This document shows positions 1 to 7,649 of a stretch of 46,985 nucleotides of DNA, piece by piece (the stretch's first letter is position 1; every line of letters starts with the position of its first letter). Origin of the DNA: a virus (lineage: Duplodnaviria > Caudoviricetes); IMG/VR virus record IMGVR_UViG_3300016669_000013, positions 1 through 46,985 of that record; one strand, written 5' to 3'. A program made the position numbers and the translations under genes. The notes under the pieces were generated by a model that saw nothing but the letters and a program-made list of their open reading frames with translations, was not told the origin of the DNA and ran no database searches.

Positions 1-795
1 ATGGATAGCACCGACTTGATCTTACCGGTTGGGTTTGGGATCTGCTGCATCTGCAGCCGTCAGAGGAAACTTACTTTTGAACACATCCCTCCGAAGAAAG
101 CGTTCAATTCTGGCGGCGGTCGGTCGACGACGCTTGAGCAACTCATTGCTCAGGAGGAGGGCCACCATGTCCGTTATAAGAGAGAGCGCAAGGGCTTCGG
201 AAGATTCTCTCTTTGCGAAGACTGCAATAACAACACTGGGGCGTGGTATGGTAACGACTACATCGACTGGGCTTGGCAAGGGTTGAGATTCCAAGGCAAC
301 TCAGGACGCCTTGCAATGCCTTTTCATATATTTCCCGGTAGGATTGCTAAGCAGATCATAGCGATGTTTGCCTCCATTGCTGGTCCTAACTTGTTGGAGA
401 AGAATCCCCAACTTCGAAAATTTGTCTTGGACCGCGAAGCTGTTGGGTTGCCACCTAAATTCAGACTTTACGCTTATCTGACTTCACCCGACAGTGAAGG
501 CAGAACAAGCGGCATCATAGCTTCGATGAACTTAGGCCACAGCGGTCCGAGCGTCTTCAGTGAAATCGCATATCGCCCTTTCGGTTACATTCTTACCATG
601 GGAAGCGATCCGCCCAGTTCGGGCTTATTTGATATGACCTTCTTCTGCTTCGAGAGCTTCCGAAGCTACAGAGATTTGCACCTGCCGCTACCGACGAAGC
701 ATGTGCACAGCCATTTTCCTGCTGACTTTAGAACGAAGGAAGAGTGGGAGAAAGCTAAGGTTGAGCACGACACCCGACGCGCCTACTCCACATAG
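1..795 (+). CDS. HNH-type endonuclease with a long C-terminal domain (possible defence protein)
   Basis: CCIC...TFEHIPPK...SLCEDCNNNTG = CxxC / EH / CxxCNN zinc-binding HNH signature. Confidence 0.75.
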   Translation: MDSTDLILPVGFGICCICSRQRKLTFEHIPPKKAFNSGGGRSTTLEQLIAQEEGHHVRYKRERKGFGRFSLCEDCNNNTGAWYGNDYIDWAWQGLRFQGNSGRLAMPFHIFPGRIAKQIIAMFASIAGPNLLEKNPQLRKFVLDREAVGLPPKFRLYAYLTSPDSEGRTSGIIASMNLGHSGPSVFSEIAYRPFGYILTMGSDPPSSGLFDMTFFCFESFRSYRDLHLPLPTKHVHSHFPADFRTKEEWEKAKVEHDTRRAYST

Positions 796-1039
796 AATGA
801 GAAGCTCGAAGAGGGCGAAAGTTAGCCTCACTAAGCCCGACCATAAAATTCGTCATATGCATAGTCGTTCGCCGCGCCGCGCTTATTGTCTCTCGTCATT
901 GACTTTAAGAGGTAGGCGCCATCGGACCTCTCTCGTCGTCAGATGGGGAAGCATCGAGTACGTGCAGTCAAAACAATCCGCCGCTTCATGGGAGACCCGT
1001 AGAAATGTCAGCGACGGGTCCTCTGCTACGTCAAGTCAC

Positions 1040-1798
1040 TCATTCTAGTATTTCCATGAGCTCAGAGAAGTTCACCCCTCTCGCAACCTGATAGATCGCA
1101 GCATGGAGCCCTACTGGCGTTCCCATAGCCATCCCGGTTGCTTGGATCGAAAGGTACTGTTTCTCGTTTGCAGCTTGTACGAATACACGAAAGGGGGGCT
1201 CCAAGTCAGCAGGCACATGCGCACTATCTTCAACCGTCCCGTTGATCAGCTTTTCGAGAAGGCGAGGGTTCCACTTAAAAAGTTGGTTTGCCCATGACGT
1301 GATAGTTCGTTCGATATGGAGCGCATCCGTTATCTCACTGTAGGCTGTGCACCTAACCTGAAAATCCACTTCAGGCTTCCGGCAGCCAATGGAGCCTGCA
1401 ATCAGATCATAAAGATGGTTAAGATGTAGATTGTCGCTCAGGTTCAGACCCTGGAAAAAAGACAGGGGCGGTATGAGCTGTCCACGATCTAGACCCGAGT
1501 GGCAGACAGGTATGGTCGGGACACCTCTAATCCACCCGGCGCCAAACTCCGTATAGATCCATGGTCGCGTGATAGCGAGCGGCGAAAGCAAACCTATAAG
1601 GATGGAACACTCGGTGAGATTTTCCTTGATCACTTGGTTCCATTCCGTACCCCCCTGAATGCTGTCTAACGCAGACGATACAAAGACGTCGCACATACCT
1701 AGGAAGTCTCTCTTGATATCTTCCTGAAATGCATGCGCAACGGCTGCGTCGGCTGCAGCATGACTCACGAAAACTAGTGGCATCCTCACTCCCTTCAA
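1040..1798 (-). CDS. TIR-domain protein (TIR_2-like) with an unknown C-terminal domain
   Basis: VFVSHAAAD...DVFVSS...IQGGTEWNQVIKENL...LLSPLAITRPWIYTEFGAG; the catalytic Glu position (WxxxE) is retained. Confidence 0.88.
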   Translation of the reverse strand: MKGVRMPLVFVSHAAADAAVAHAFQEDIKRDFLGMCDVFVSSALDSIQGGTEWNQVIKENLTECSILIGLLSPLAITRPWIYTEFGAGWIRGVPTIPVCHSGLDRGQLIPPLSFFQGLNLSDNLHLNHLYDLIAGSIGCRKPEVDFQVRCTAYSEITDALHIERTITSWANQLFKWNPRLLEKLINGTVEDSAHVPADLEPPFRVFVQAANEKQYLSIQATGMAMGTPVGLHAAIYQVARGVNFSELMEILE

Positions 1799-1912
1799 TC
1801 ATGATGCAAGTAATGCGCGCGGTTGACCGCAGAGTCCAGTGAGAGAGCAGGCTGAGGTTTTAATTTACGAAAGCTTAGACGAACTTGGCAGTTTAAAAGA
1901 TGTCAGTCGTCG

Positions 1913-2383
1913 TCAAGGGTAGAACTTCGTCGTCGTCGTCCATAACGGGTGGCATCGATGAAACACCTGCACGAAGCTGTTCTGTCTCACCTCGCCTGCG
2001 GGCATAGTCAACCGCCACGGGCCGACGCGCTGTGACCCAACCGGCCGGTTCGGGCTTGACGTGTCTTCCGGATCTTTAACCGGGATCATCGACACCCGCT
2101 CGAAATCGTTCGCCTCGCTGCCCCGGTACCAGGCAATTCCCATATACTCGCAGTTTCTCAGCTTGATGAACTCGGCACGAACCATGCTTGTGTCTGACGT
2201 AACCTCTTTGACACTCATTATCATAAGCTTGCTGAGCACTGGCCTGTATCGCGTCTCGAACGCAGGGCCAAGGACGAAGAAGCAGTAGATGGCGCACATG
2301 ATCCCGATCGTGCCGCAGAAAGCTTTGATCAGGGCAAGTCCGCTTGGAAGCGGTACGCTGGCGTCAAGGAGATGGCGGGACAT
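1913..2383 (-). CDS. Phage hypothetical protein with an N-terminal membrane anchor (lysis-module distal gene)
   Basis: Hydrophobic segment AFCGTIGIMCAIYCFFVLG; overlaps the upstream gene. Confidence 0.65.
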   Translation of the reverse strand: MSRHLLDASVPLPSGLALIKAFCGTIGIMCAIYCFFVLGPAFETRYRPVLSKLMIMSVKEVTSDTSMVRAEFIKLRNCEYMGIAWYRGSEANDFERVSMIPVKDPEDTSSPNRPVGSQRVGPWRLTMPAGEVRQNSFVQVFHRCHPLWTTTTKFYP

Positions 2384-2645
2384 TGAACCCTCCTTTCACG
2401 ATGAAGGTCAGTATGGTTGCGATGAGGGGGCCGAAGAAAGCGATCAGCAGCCATTTGCCGATGCTCCAGAGGCCTTTAACCGACTCCTCGATACGGTCCT
2501 GATTTTCTTCGAAACGTTTGTCGCGCTCATCGCGAACGGCGCTCTGCGTCTTCAAGATGGCGACTTCGTTCGTCAGGGCAGTGAGGCTGGATGCGAGCTG
2601 CGTGTGATCCTTGCGCAGCATTTCAGTGCTGTCGGAGCTAGTCAT
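2364..2645 (-). CDS. Coiled-coil protein with a C-terminal TM helix (holin/XhlA-like lysis accessory)
   Basis: Heptad-rich N-terminus, then KWLLIAFFGPLIATILTFIV; located at the end of the lysis module. Confidence 0.6.
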   Translation of the reverse strand: MTSSDSTEMLRKDHTQLASSLTALTNEVAILKTQSAVRDERDKRFEENQDRIEESVKGLWSIGKWLLIAFFGPLIATILTFIVKGGFNVPPSP

Positions 2646-2698
2646 GTCGTCGGAAACCCCACAGCTGATGTTGGCAGAAAAAGCGAAGTCGACAGGTG

Positions 2699-2734
2699 TT
2701 GACTCATGTCAAAGAATTAGAACATAGTAAGAAC
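2699..2734 (+). promoter_or_regulatory. Sigma70-like promoter overlapped by an alphaproteobacterial LexA (SOS) box
   Basis: TTGACT at 2699-2704 and CATAGT at 2723-2728; GAAC-ATAGTAA-GAAC at 2720-2734 matches GAAC-N7-GAAC. Confidence 0.75.
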
Positions 2735-2791
2735 GAAACTGCCGCATGAGGTCGGCAATCAACATTTTATTCCAAGGCGAACACGTGCCCC

Positions 2792-3076
2792 GTGCGCGAG
2801 CGAGAACCCGTGTCCGAAACACAGACGAAACCTGCCATGCCGCTCCCAACCCTCCGAGACTACCGCGCCGAGACGATCGAGATGGTCTGCACCCCGTGCG
2901 CACGCCAGGGCGTGTTCAGCCATAAGAGCCTGGTCAAGAAGTTCGGAGCGAACGCAGAGTTCCTCCAGATCCGTCGCGTTCTCGCAATGGGATGTGAGCA
3001 CGCCGGGACCGAGAAATGTAGGGCAAGGTTTCCCTGCCTTCTGCAAGCACAGATTCTCTGGGAGCCACGGGGATGA
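2792..3076 (+). CDS. Small Cys-rich (putative Zn-binding) hypothetical protein; start may be 2810 or 2837
   Basis: CTPCARQG...GCEHAGTEKCRARF; first gene after the LexA box. Confidence 0.65.
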   Translation: MREREPVSETQTKPAMPLPTLRDYRAETIEMVCTPCARQGVFSHKSLVKKFGANAEFLQIRRVLAMGCEHAGTEKCRARFPCLLQAQILWEPRG

Positions 3077-3276
3077 GCGACGAGACCAGGACAGCCCTCA
3101 GCGAACCGACAACGCTCTATATCCATTGGTGCAGCATACCATCATGCAAGCAGTGGGGCGGTTTTGGCTTCTCTAGCAATCGAGGCGAACCGCAGTGGTG
3201 GTGCTGGGAGCACTACCCCCACAAACCAAACCAGGCGCGCAGTGAAGCGGCCGAGATTGCCGAGATGCTACGGTGA
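3073..3276 (+). CDS. Small Cys/His/Trp-rich hypothetical protein
   Basis: HWCSIPSCKQWGGFGF...WWCWEH; ATGA overlap with the previous gene. Confidence 0.7.
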   Translation: MSDETRTALSEPTTLYIHWCSIPSCKQWGGFGFSSNRGEPQWWCWEHYPHKPNQARSEAAEIAEMLR

Positions 3277-3318
3277 GCGTCTCGGCAGAAGCTAACAGCG
3301 TAAAAGCGTGAGATTGCG

Positions 3319-3624
3319 ATGACGAAATCGGACACGAATGCGGGCTTCAAAGCTTGGTGGGACTTGCTCTCAGACGAAACAAAGGCGGGGATTGATCGCC
3401 GCGTGGCGTGGATGGCATTCGTGGCAGGCAGCAGACACCGGATGTATCCCCCAAAGAACACCTATCGTTTTCGCGCCGGCCGTTGGATCGTCACCGTGAC
3501 CGCCGACACTGCCGAAGATGCCCGCGTGAAGGCGGTTGAGAAGCTGGACCAACGGGCGGAAAAGTTGGGGGCCACGCCTCCACCAAGCGGATGGCCCCTA
3601 ACGAAGATCGCAGGTTCGTCTTAG
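3319..3624 (+). CDS. Hypothetical protein, third gene of the putative SOS cassette
   Basis: 101-aa ORF, same strand, ends convergent to the lysis gene at 3634. Confidence 0.6.
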   Translation: MTKSDTNAGFKAWWDLLSDETKAGIDRRVAWMAFVAGSRHRMYPPKNTYRFRAGRWIVTVTADTAEDARVKAVEKLDQRAEKLGATPPPSGWPLTKIAGSS

Positions 3625-3633
3625 AAACCGCCT

Positions 3634-4158
3634 CTATCGAGCAGGCTGCTTCGGCAGCAGATCCGCAACCTTCAACATGATGATGTCCTGCAAAGCGTTC
3701 GGCGTGACGCCGAGCTTCTGCAGCGCTTCTGGGTTCTTTTCCTCGACATACTTTGTCGCATCACGCAGCATCGCGCTAGTGATCGCCGAAGCAGTCACGC
3801 TGGCGATCGACCCGCCAGCGATACCGGATCGAGCAAGTGCGAACTTCAGAGCGTTGGCGGCTGAGTCGTGAAGGGCTTGGCGAAGCTTGGCCTGAATATC
3901 GAGCTGCTGCTTTTCGTCAGCCACCTTCAGCAACGAGATCAGACGCGCCGAGATCCACGTGATCAGCACGGGGCCCACGATCGAGCCGAGGAGCACGACG
4001 AGCGGCTGAACGATTGCCCAAAGGTCAAACCAGATGGAGGAACGCGCGATGACGGGTGCCGCCTCCTGCGCATAGACCGGCTGTAGCGTAATTGCGAAAA
4101 CGAACAGAAGAGCGAGCAGCGCAGCAAAACGCGCCGCGATCATATCGATGCGGATCAT
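3634..4158 (-). CDS. Lysis-module membrane protein (holin-like or spanin partner)
   Basis: AAGGA RBS before ATG 4158; signal/TM segment plus TM AIVQPLVVLLGSIVGPVLITWI; two genes downstream of the endolysin. Confidence 0.65.
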   Translation of the reverse strand: MIRIDMIAARFAALLALLFVFAITLQPVYAQEAAPVIARSSIWFDLWAIVQPLVVLLGSIVGPVLITWISARLISLLKVADEKQQLDIQAKLRQALHDSAANALKFALARSGIAGGSIASVTASAITSAMLRDATKYVEEKNPEALQKLGVTPNALQDIIMLKVADLLPKQPAR

Positions 4159-4207
4159 GAATTGAGTTCCTTGTTTTTGAAATAAGATCAGGGTGAGCAC
4201 AACGCTG

Positions 4208-4525
4208 CTATTCAGCCTGCTTCAGCGCCGTGGAAACGATGACGTACGCCTGCGCTGCACGGATCAGTGCATCGACTGCGGTGGTGTTTGCCGGATCTCG
4301 GCAGACGGGCCGAACGCCCTGGTAGGCAGCGTCAACCTTTGCAACAGTCGACGCCTTGATCTTGCCAGTCGCGGCGATGACGACGAAAGCGGTGTATCCG
4401 CTTTCGAGCGCCGAACATGCCTTCGGAAGATTGCTTTGGATCGCGGTATCGATCTGAGCGGTCTGTGTCGTCGTGCAGGCGGACAGCGCAAGGGCCGCCG
4501 CTGCGAGGATCGCAGTGCGTTGCAT
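4208..4525 (-). CDS. Lipoprotein (spanin-like lysis accessory)
   Basis: MQRTAILAAAALALSAC lipobox; immediately downstream of the endolysin. Confidence 0.7.
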   Translation of the reverse strand: MQRTAILAAAALALSACTTTQTAQIDTAIQSNLPKACSALESGYTAFVVIAATGKIKASTVAKVDAAYQGVRPVCRDPANTTAVDALIRAAQAYVIVSTALKQAE

Positions 4526-4553
4526 AGTGATATTCCTGTCGGTTGAAGAAAGA

Positions 4554-5285
4554 TTAGAGCTTGGACTGCACCATGGCGCGCATCTGGTCGCCGATCGCAA
4601 CTGCGCCCTGGATCGAGGCATCGAAAGGCAGGCGGGCGATGTCCCACTTGCCTTTCTGCTTGATGCCGAGGTTGGTTTGCACCTCGGCATGACTGAGAAC
4701 TGTCTTACGGCTGACCTTGATGCCGTAGCGCTTGCAGAGCTGCGCTAGGACGTTTGCGAGTGCATCCCACTGGACACGCGTAATCGGCTGCTTGCCGGCG
4801 CTGAACGGGATCTCGATGGCGCCGGCCATGCCGCAAAGCGACACGCCGATAAAACCGGTGTTGCAGTTCAGCGTGTGCTGTGCGTAGCCAGTCTTCGATC
4901 TCGGAAGGCTGTTGAGGTCGATTGAAGGAACGCCGCGAACGTGCTTGCCATCACCTTCGATCAGGAGGTGGTAGTGGGAGCGATCAAGGTCGCTGGCCTT
5001 GTTCTGTCCGGCCGTCCAGTGGAAAACGATTCCGGTGATCTTGGCATCCGGCATCCAAGCCGAAGAGATCACCTTATCCCTTGTATCGACCGAAGTTGTT
5101 GGGACAGGTGTCGGCAGGGAGGTTGGAGGCGTAGCGATAAGACCGCGCAGCTTCTCCAGCTCGTCGAGCGCCGAATTGAAGGCATCATCAGCCTCTTTGC
5201 CGTAATCGCCGTCAGCACCGTATCTGGGCAGCGAGAAGCCAAGCAGCAGCATGCGCTTCTGCGTTTTCTGCAGAGTCGAGTTCAT
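4554..5285 (-). CDS. Endolysin, N-acetylmuramoyl-L-alanine amidase (Amidase_2-like) with an N-terminal peptidoglycan-binding-like segment
   Basis: IVFHWTAG, HYHLLIEGDG, HTLNCNTGFIGVSLCGM, VLSHAEVQ, KWDI motifs; N-terminal YGADGDYG and a Pro/Thr linker. Confidence 0.85.
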   Translation of the reverse strand: MNSTLQKTQKRMLLLGFSLPRYGADGDYGKEADDAFNSALDELEKLRGLIATPPTSLPTPVPTTSVDTRDKVISSAWMPDAKITGIVFHWTAGQNKASDLDRSHYHLLIEGDGKHVRGVPSIDLNSLPRSKTGYAQHTLNCNTGFIGVSLCGMAGAIEIPFSAGKQPITRVQWDALANVLAQLCKRYGIKVSRKTVLSHAEVQTNLGIKQKGKWDIARLPFDASIQGAVAIGDQMRAMVQSKL

Positions 5286-5351
5286 GTCGAATTGTCCTTT
5301 GGATTGTTGACGACGTTGTCGCGAGCGCTCTAAGTGAGCGCCGGAGGAACC

Positions 5352-5564
5352 ATGCCCGATTTGATACCGGACGAGATTGAGACACTACGCATGCTTGCGG
5401 GTCAGCTACCGCGAAGGCTCGGATCCAAGCAGGTCATCTGCATACAGGAACTCGTGGCTCACGGACTTTGCACAGATGAACCGTATCGTCTCACGTTGGA
5501 GGGGCTTCAGTGCCTCGAAGTAGCTACGGGAACTATTGACCTACGGTCCCGCCGGGTCGCGTAG
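5352..5564 (+). CDS. Small hypothetical protein (moron-like, possible winged helix)
   Basis: GGAGG RBS at 5343-5347; ELVAHGLC...YRLTLEG pattern. Confidence 0.55.
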   Translation: MPDLIPDEIETLRMLAGQLPRRLGSKQVICIQELVAHGLCTDEPYRLTLEGLQCLEVATGTIDLRSRRVA

Positions 5565-5576
5565 GCACCTCGCAGG

Positions 5577-5709
5577 GCTAATTCTGGCTGTTGCGTTTCC
5601 GGGCCGAGCCCAGCAATCTGCGCCTGCAGCTCGCGAACCTGCGTAGCAAGCGCTTCTTTTTCAGCCGTCGGTTCCGTCAGCTCACGCTGCCGTCGAGTGC
5701 ATTGCTCAT
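5577..5709 (-). pseudogene. Possible remnant of a small coiled-coil phage gene
   Basis: AAGGA RBS and MSNALDGSVS* stops early; another frame reads ELTEPTAEKEALATQVRELQAQIAGL. Confidence 0.3.
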
Positions 5710-5852
5710 TGTGGTGTCCTTGATTTTGAGAAAGATAAGCGGGTCCGGCTAAATCAGTACGGCCCGTTCACTTTGTTTTGCATCGCACAACAGAAATGTT
5801 GCCATGCAGCAAGTTGTGCTGGTATTAGGTTGACCCGCCCGTTACAGCTTAA

Positions 5853-6191
5853 GTGGATCACAGCATGAGAAAACGTATTCCTTCGCTAATCCGCAGCATG
5901 ATCGATGCTACCCGCAACCGAAAAAATGCTATGCTTTTCGAGGAAGACGACTATCTCAACGCTCATCCCGACATCGCAGCGGCGGTGAAAAGTGGCAGCC
6001 TGAAAAGCGGACGGGATCACTACACGCGACACGGCATGAAAGAGGGTCGCTTTCCTGGCTTTCGTGGCTTCGATCCCGAGCGATACTATCAAAAGCATCC
6101 CCAACTGTTGAACATCCTAACAGGCGAGCGTGACAACTTTGCGCGAGATCACTTTCGTGTCATAGGTTTTCCTGAAAGGTGGAACTTCTAA
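5853..6191 (+). CDS. FDxxxYLxxxPDV-repeat protein (repeat type found in polysaccharide glycosyltransferases and surface proteins)
   Basis: FEEDDYLNAHPDIAAAV...HYTRHGMKEGRFP and a second copy FDPERYYQKHPQL...HFRVIGFPER. Confidence 0.7.
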   Translation: MDHSMRKRIPSLIRSMIDATRNRKNAMLFEEDDYLNAHPDIAAAVKSGSLKSGRDHYTRHGMKEGRFPGFRGFDPERYYQKHPQLLNILTGERDNFARDHFRVIGFPERWNF

Positions 6192-6379
6192 TCATCCGCC
6201 TCACTCCCCAACGGCATCGTCTTCCATCGCCACGTCATAGTCGACGACAAGCGCCGCGCCGGTTGGCACGTTCGTGTTCATGGGGTTCTCCGATGTTTAG
6301 GGTGAAATTACTCAGCCAAGCCATGCCCGGCAGCGCTGGTGCGAAGCGTGGTCATGGTGGTCTCCGGTTCTGTGAAATG

Positions 6380-6406
6380 AAAAAGGCGGCTCCGAAGAAC
6401 CGTCCC
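6380..6406 (-). terminator. Rho-independent terminator for the kpsM-like operon
   Basis: Minus strand GACGGTTC-TTCG-GAGCCGCC followed by TTTTT; C(UUCG)G tetraloop. Confidence 0.65.
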
Positions 6407-6441
6407 ACCTAAGAACTTCTACCACTGAGGATTTCAACGAC

Positions 6442-6672
6442 CTATAGGCGCGTTTTGCGTGCAGCGGCCCAGGCTAACACGGCGAGACAAAGTACCCACA
6501 CGACCATTGCCGCTCCTGAATGTTTGACGAGAGCCAAATAAGGGCTGCCGAACCACGTTGCCGCGCCAGCAATGATAATGGCGGCAAATGCTGGCATGGC
6601 GCGCAGGTGCACCGCTAAGGCGCAGAGCAGTATCGCGACGGGCACGATCCCTAGAGTGGCGAAGTCATTCAA
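6442..6672 (-). CDS. 76-aa hydrophobic multi-TM membrane peptide
   Basis: Almost entirely hydrophobic with a basic C-terminus (ARKTRL); start overlaps the kpsM-like stop. Confidence 0.65.
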   Translation of the reverse strand: MNDFATLGIVPVAILLCALAVHLRAMPAFAAIIIAGAATWFGSPYLALVKHSGAAMVVWVLCLAVLAWAAARKTRL

Positions 6673-7462
6673 CTCGATGGTTCCGGAGTGATCGCTCTAA
6701 AGCCAACCCGATTACTAAAACCCCGGCTGTGCAGCCGCTGAGGTACGTCAGAGACAAAAGGTGCGTTGGGTAGGTCGGATAAAATGCCGTTCGAAAAAGA
6801 GAGACTAGGTGCATCATCGGGTTGAACGAAAGAAGGTACTTGAGCTGGGGCGGCATAAACTCTGGAATGAAAAACACGCCGCTGAAGAAAATCTGAACCC
6901 TTGAGATGCCAGCCCAGACAAATTTCCAGAGCGGGAAAAGGTAGATTAAAAACGAGTTCACCAGCCCCATTCCAAAAGCAAAGAGCGAGATGAAGGCAGC
7001 GAACTGCAGAACGGCAACTGGGTTGTAAGGTATGGCAAAGCGGGATTCCCCTGTCGCCGAGATCATCGCAAAGAGGGTAGTGAACATCATCGTGAAGGAT
7101 AGGAATTCCACGAACGTACGAGCCAGAGCATAATCGATTGGCTCAATATACGGGATGGTGGTGACTGATTTGGATGCTTCGATCGCTGATGCCGCTCTAA
7201 TACTCATCGTTCTAAAGAACAATACAGGGAAAATACCCGTAGTGATGAACAGCAGCAAGCTGTCGCCAATCAGAAGCGAACGATGCAGATATGTAAATAT
7301 TACCCAATGAGCAAGGATGAAAACCACCGCCTCGAGCAAATCGAACACCTGCATGAACGCTTGTTTGCTATTGCGGATGCGAACTTCTCGTATCGTCAGA
7401 GCCGTGATGACCGATGTTTGACGGCTTAGTCCGGTCGATATCGTTGTGAAAATGCCGCTCAT
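6665..7462 (-). CDS. ABC-2 capsular polysaccharide export permease, KpsM/RkpT-like (divergent, orphan)
   Basis: ALTIRE.. start, LLFITTGIFP, LARTFVE, FFSGVFF..., LLSFNPMMHLVSLFRTAFYPTY; about 6 TM; 265 aa. Confidence 0.85.
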   Translation of the reverse strand: MSGIFTTISTGLSRQTSVITALTIREVRIRNSKQAFMQVFDLLEAVVFILAHWVIFTYLHRSLLIGDSLLLFITTGIFPVLFFRTMSIRAASAIEASKSVTTIPYIEPIDYALARTFVEFLSFTMMFTTLFAMISATGESRFAIPYNPVAVLQFAAFISLFAFGMGLVNSFLIYLFPLWKFVWAGISRVQIFFSGVFFIPEFMPPQLKYLLSFNPMMHLVSLFRTAFYPTYPTHLLSLTYLSGCTAGVLVIGLALERSLRNHRVE

Positions 7463-7649
7463 TTCGGGTCACTGCGCTGTGAGGGATACCAAGCTGCACT
7501 CGACTACTAATAAGGCAGAACGTTGGCAAGAGGCCCAAAGTCTGCCAAGGGACGCAGGCATGTGCATGGCCAAGTCATAGAGCCCCGTTCTTGATTCAAA
7601 AATAAAGTGAGCGTAGGTTCCCGCCGCGCATATCTTCAGGAGTTTGATT

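Noticed and set aside
701-1048. 115-aa + strand ORF between the HNH and TIR genes
   Set aside because: It overlaps both neighbours, is Arg/Ser-rich and has no clear RBS; it is probably spurious, though a small third gene cannot be fully excluded.
1040-1798. Complete Thoeris or CBASS system
   Set aside because: No ThsA-type effector or nucleotide cyclase is present in the window.
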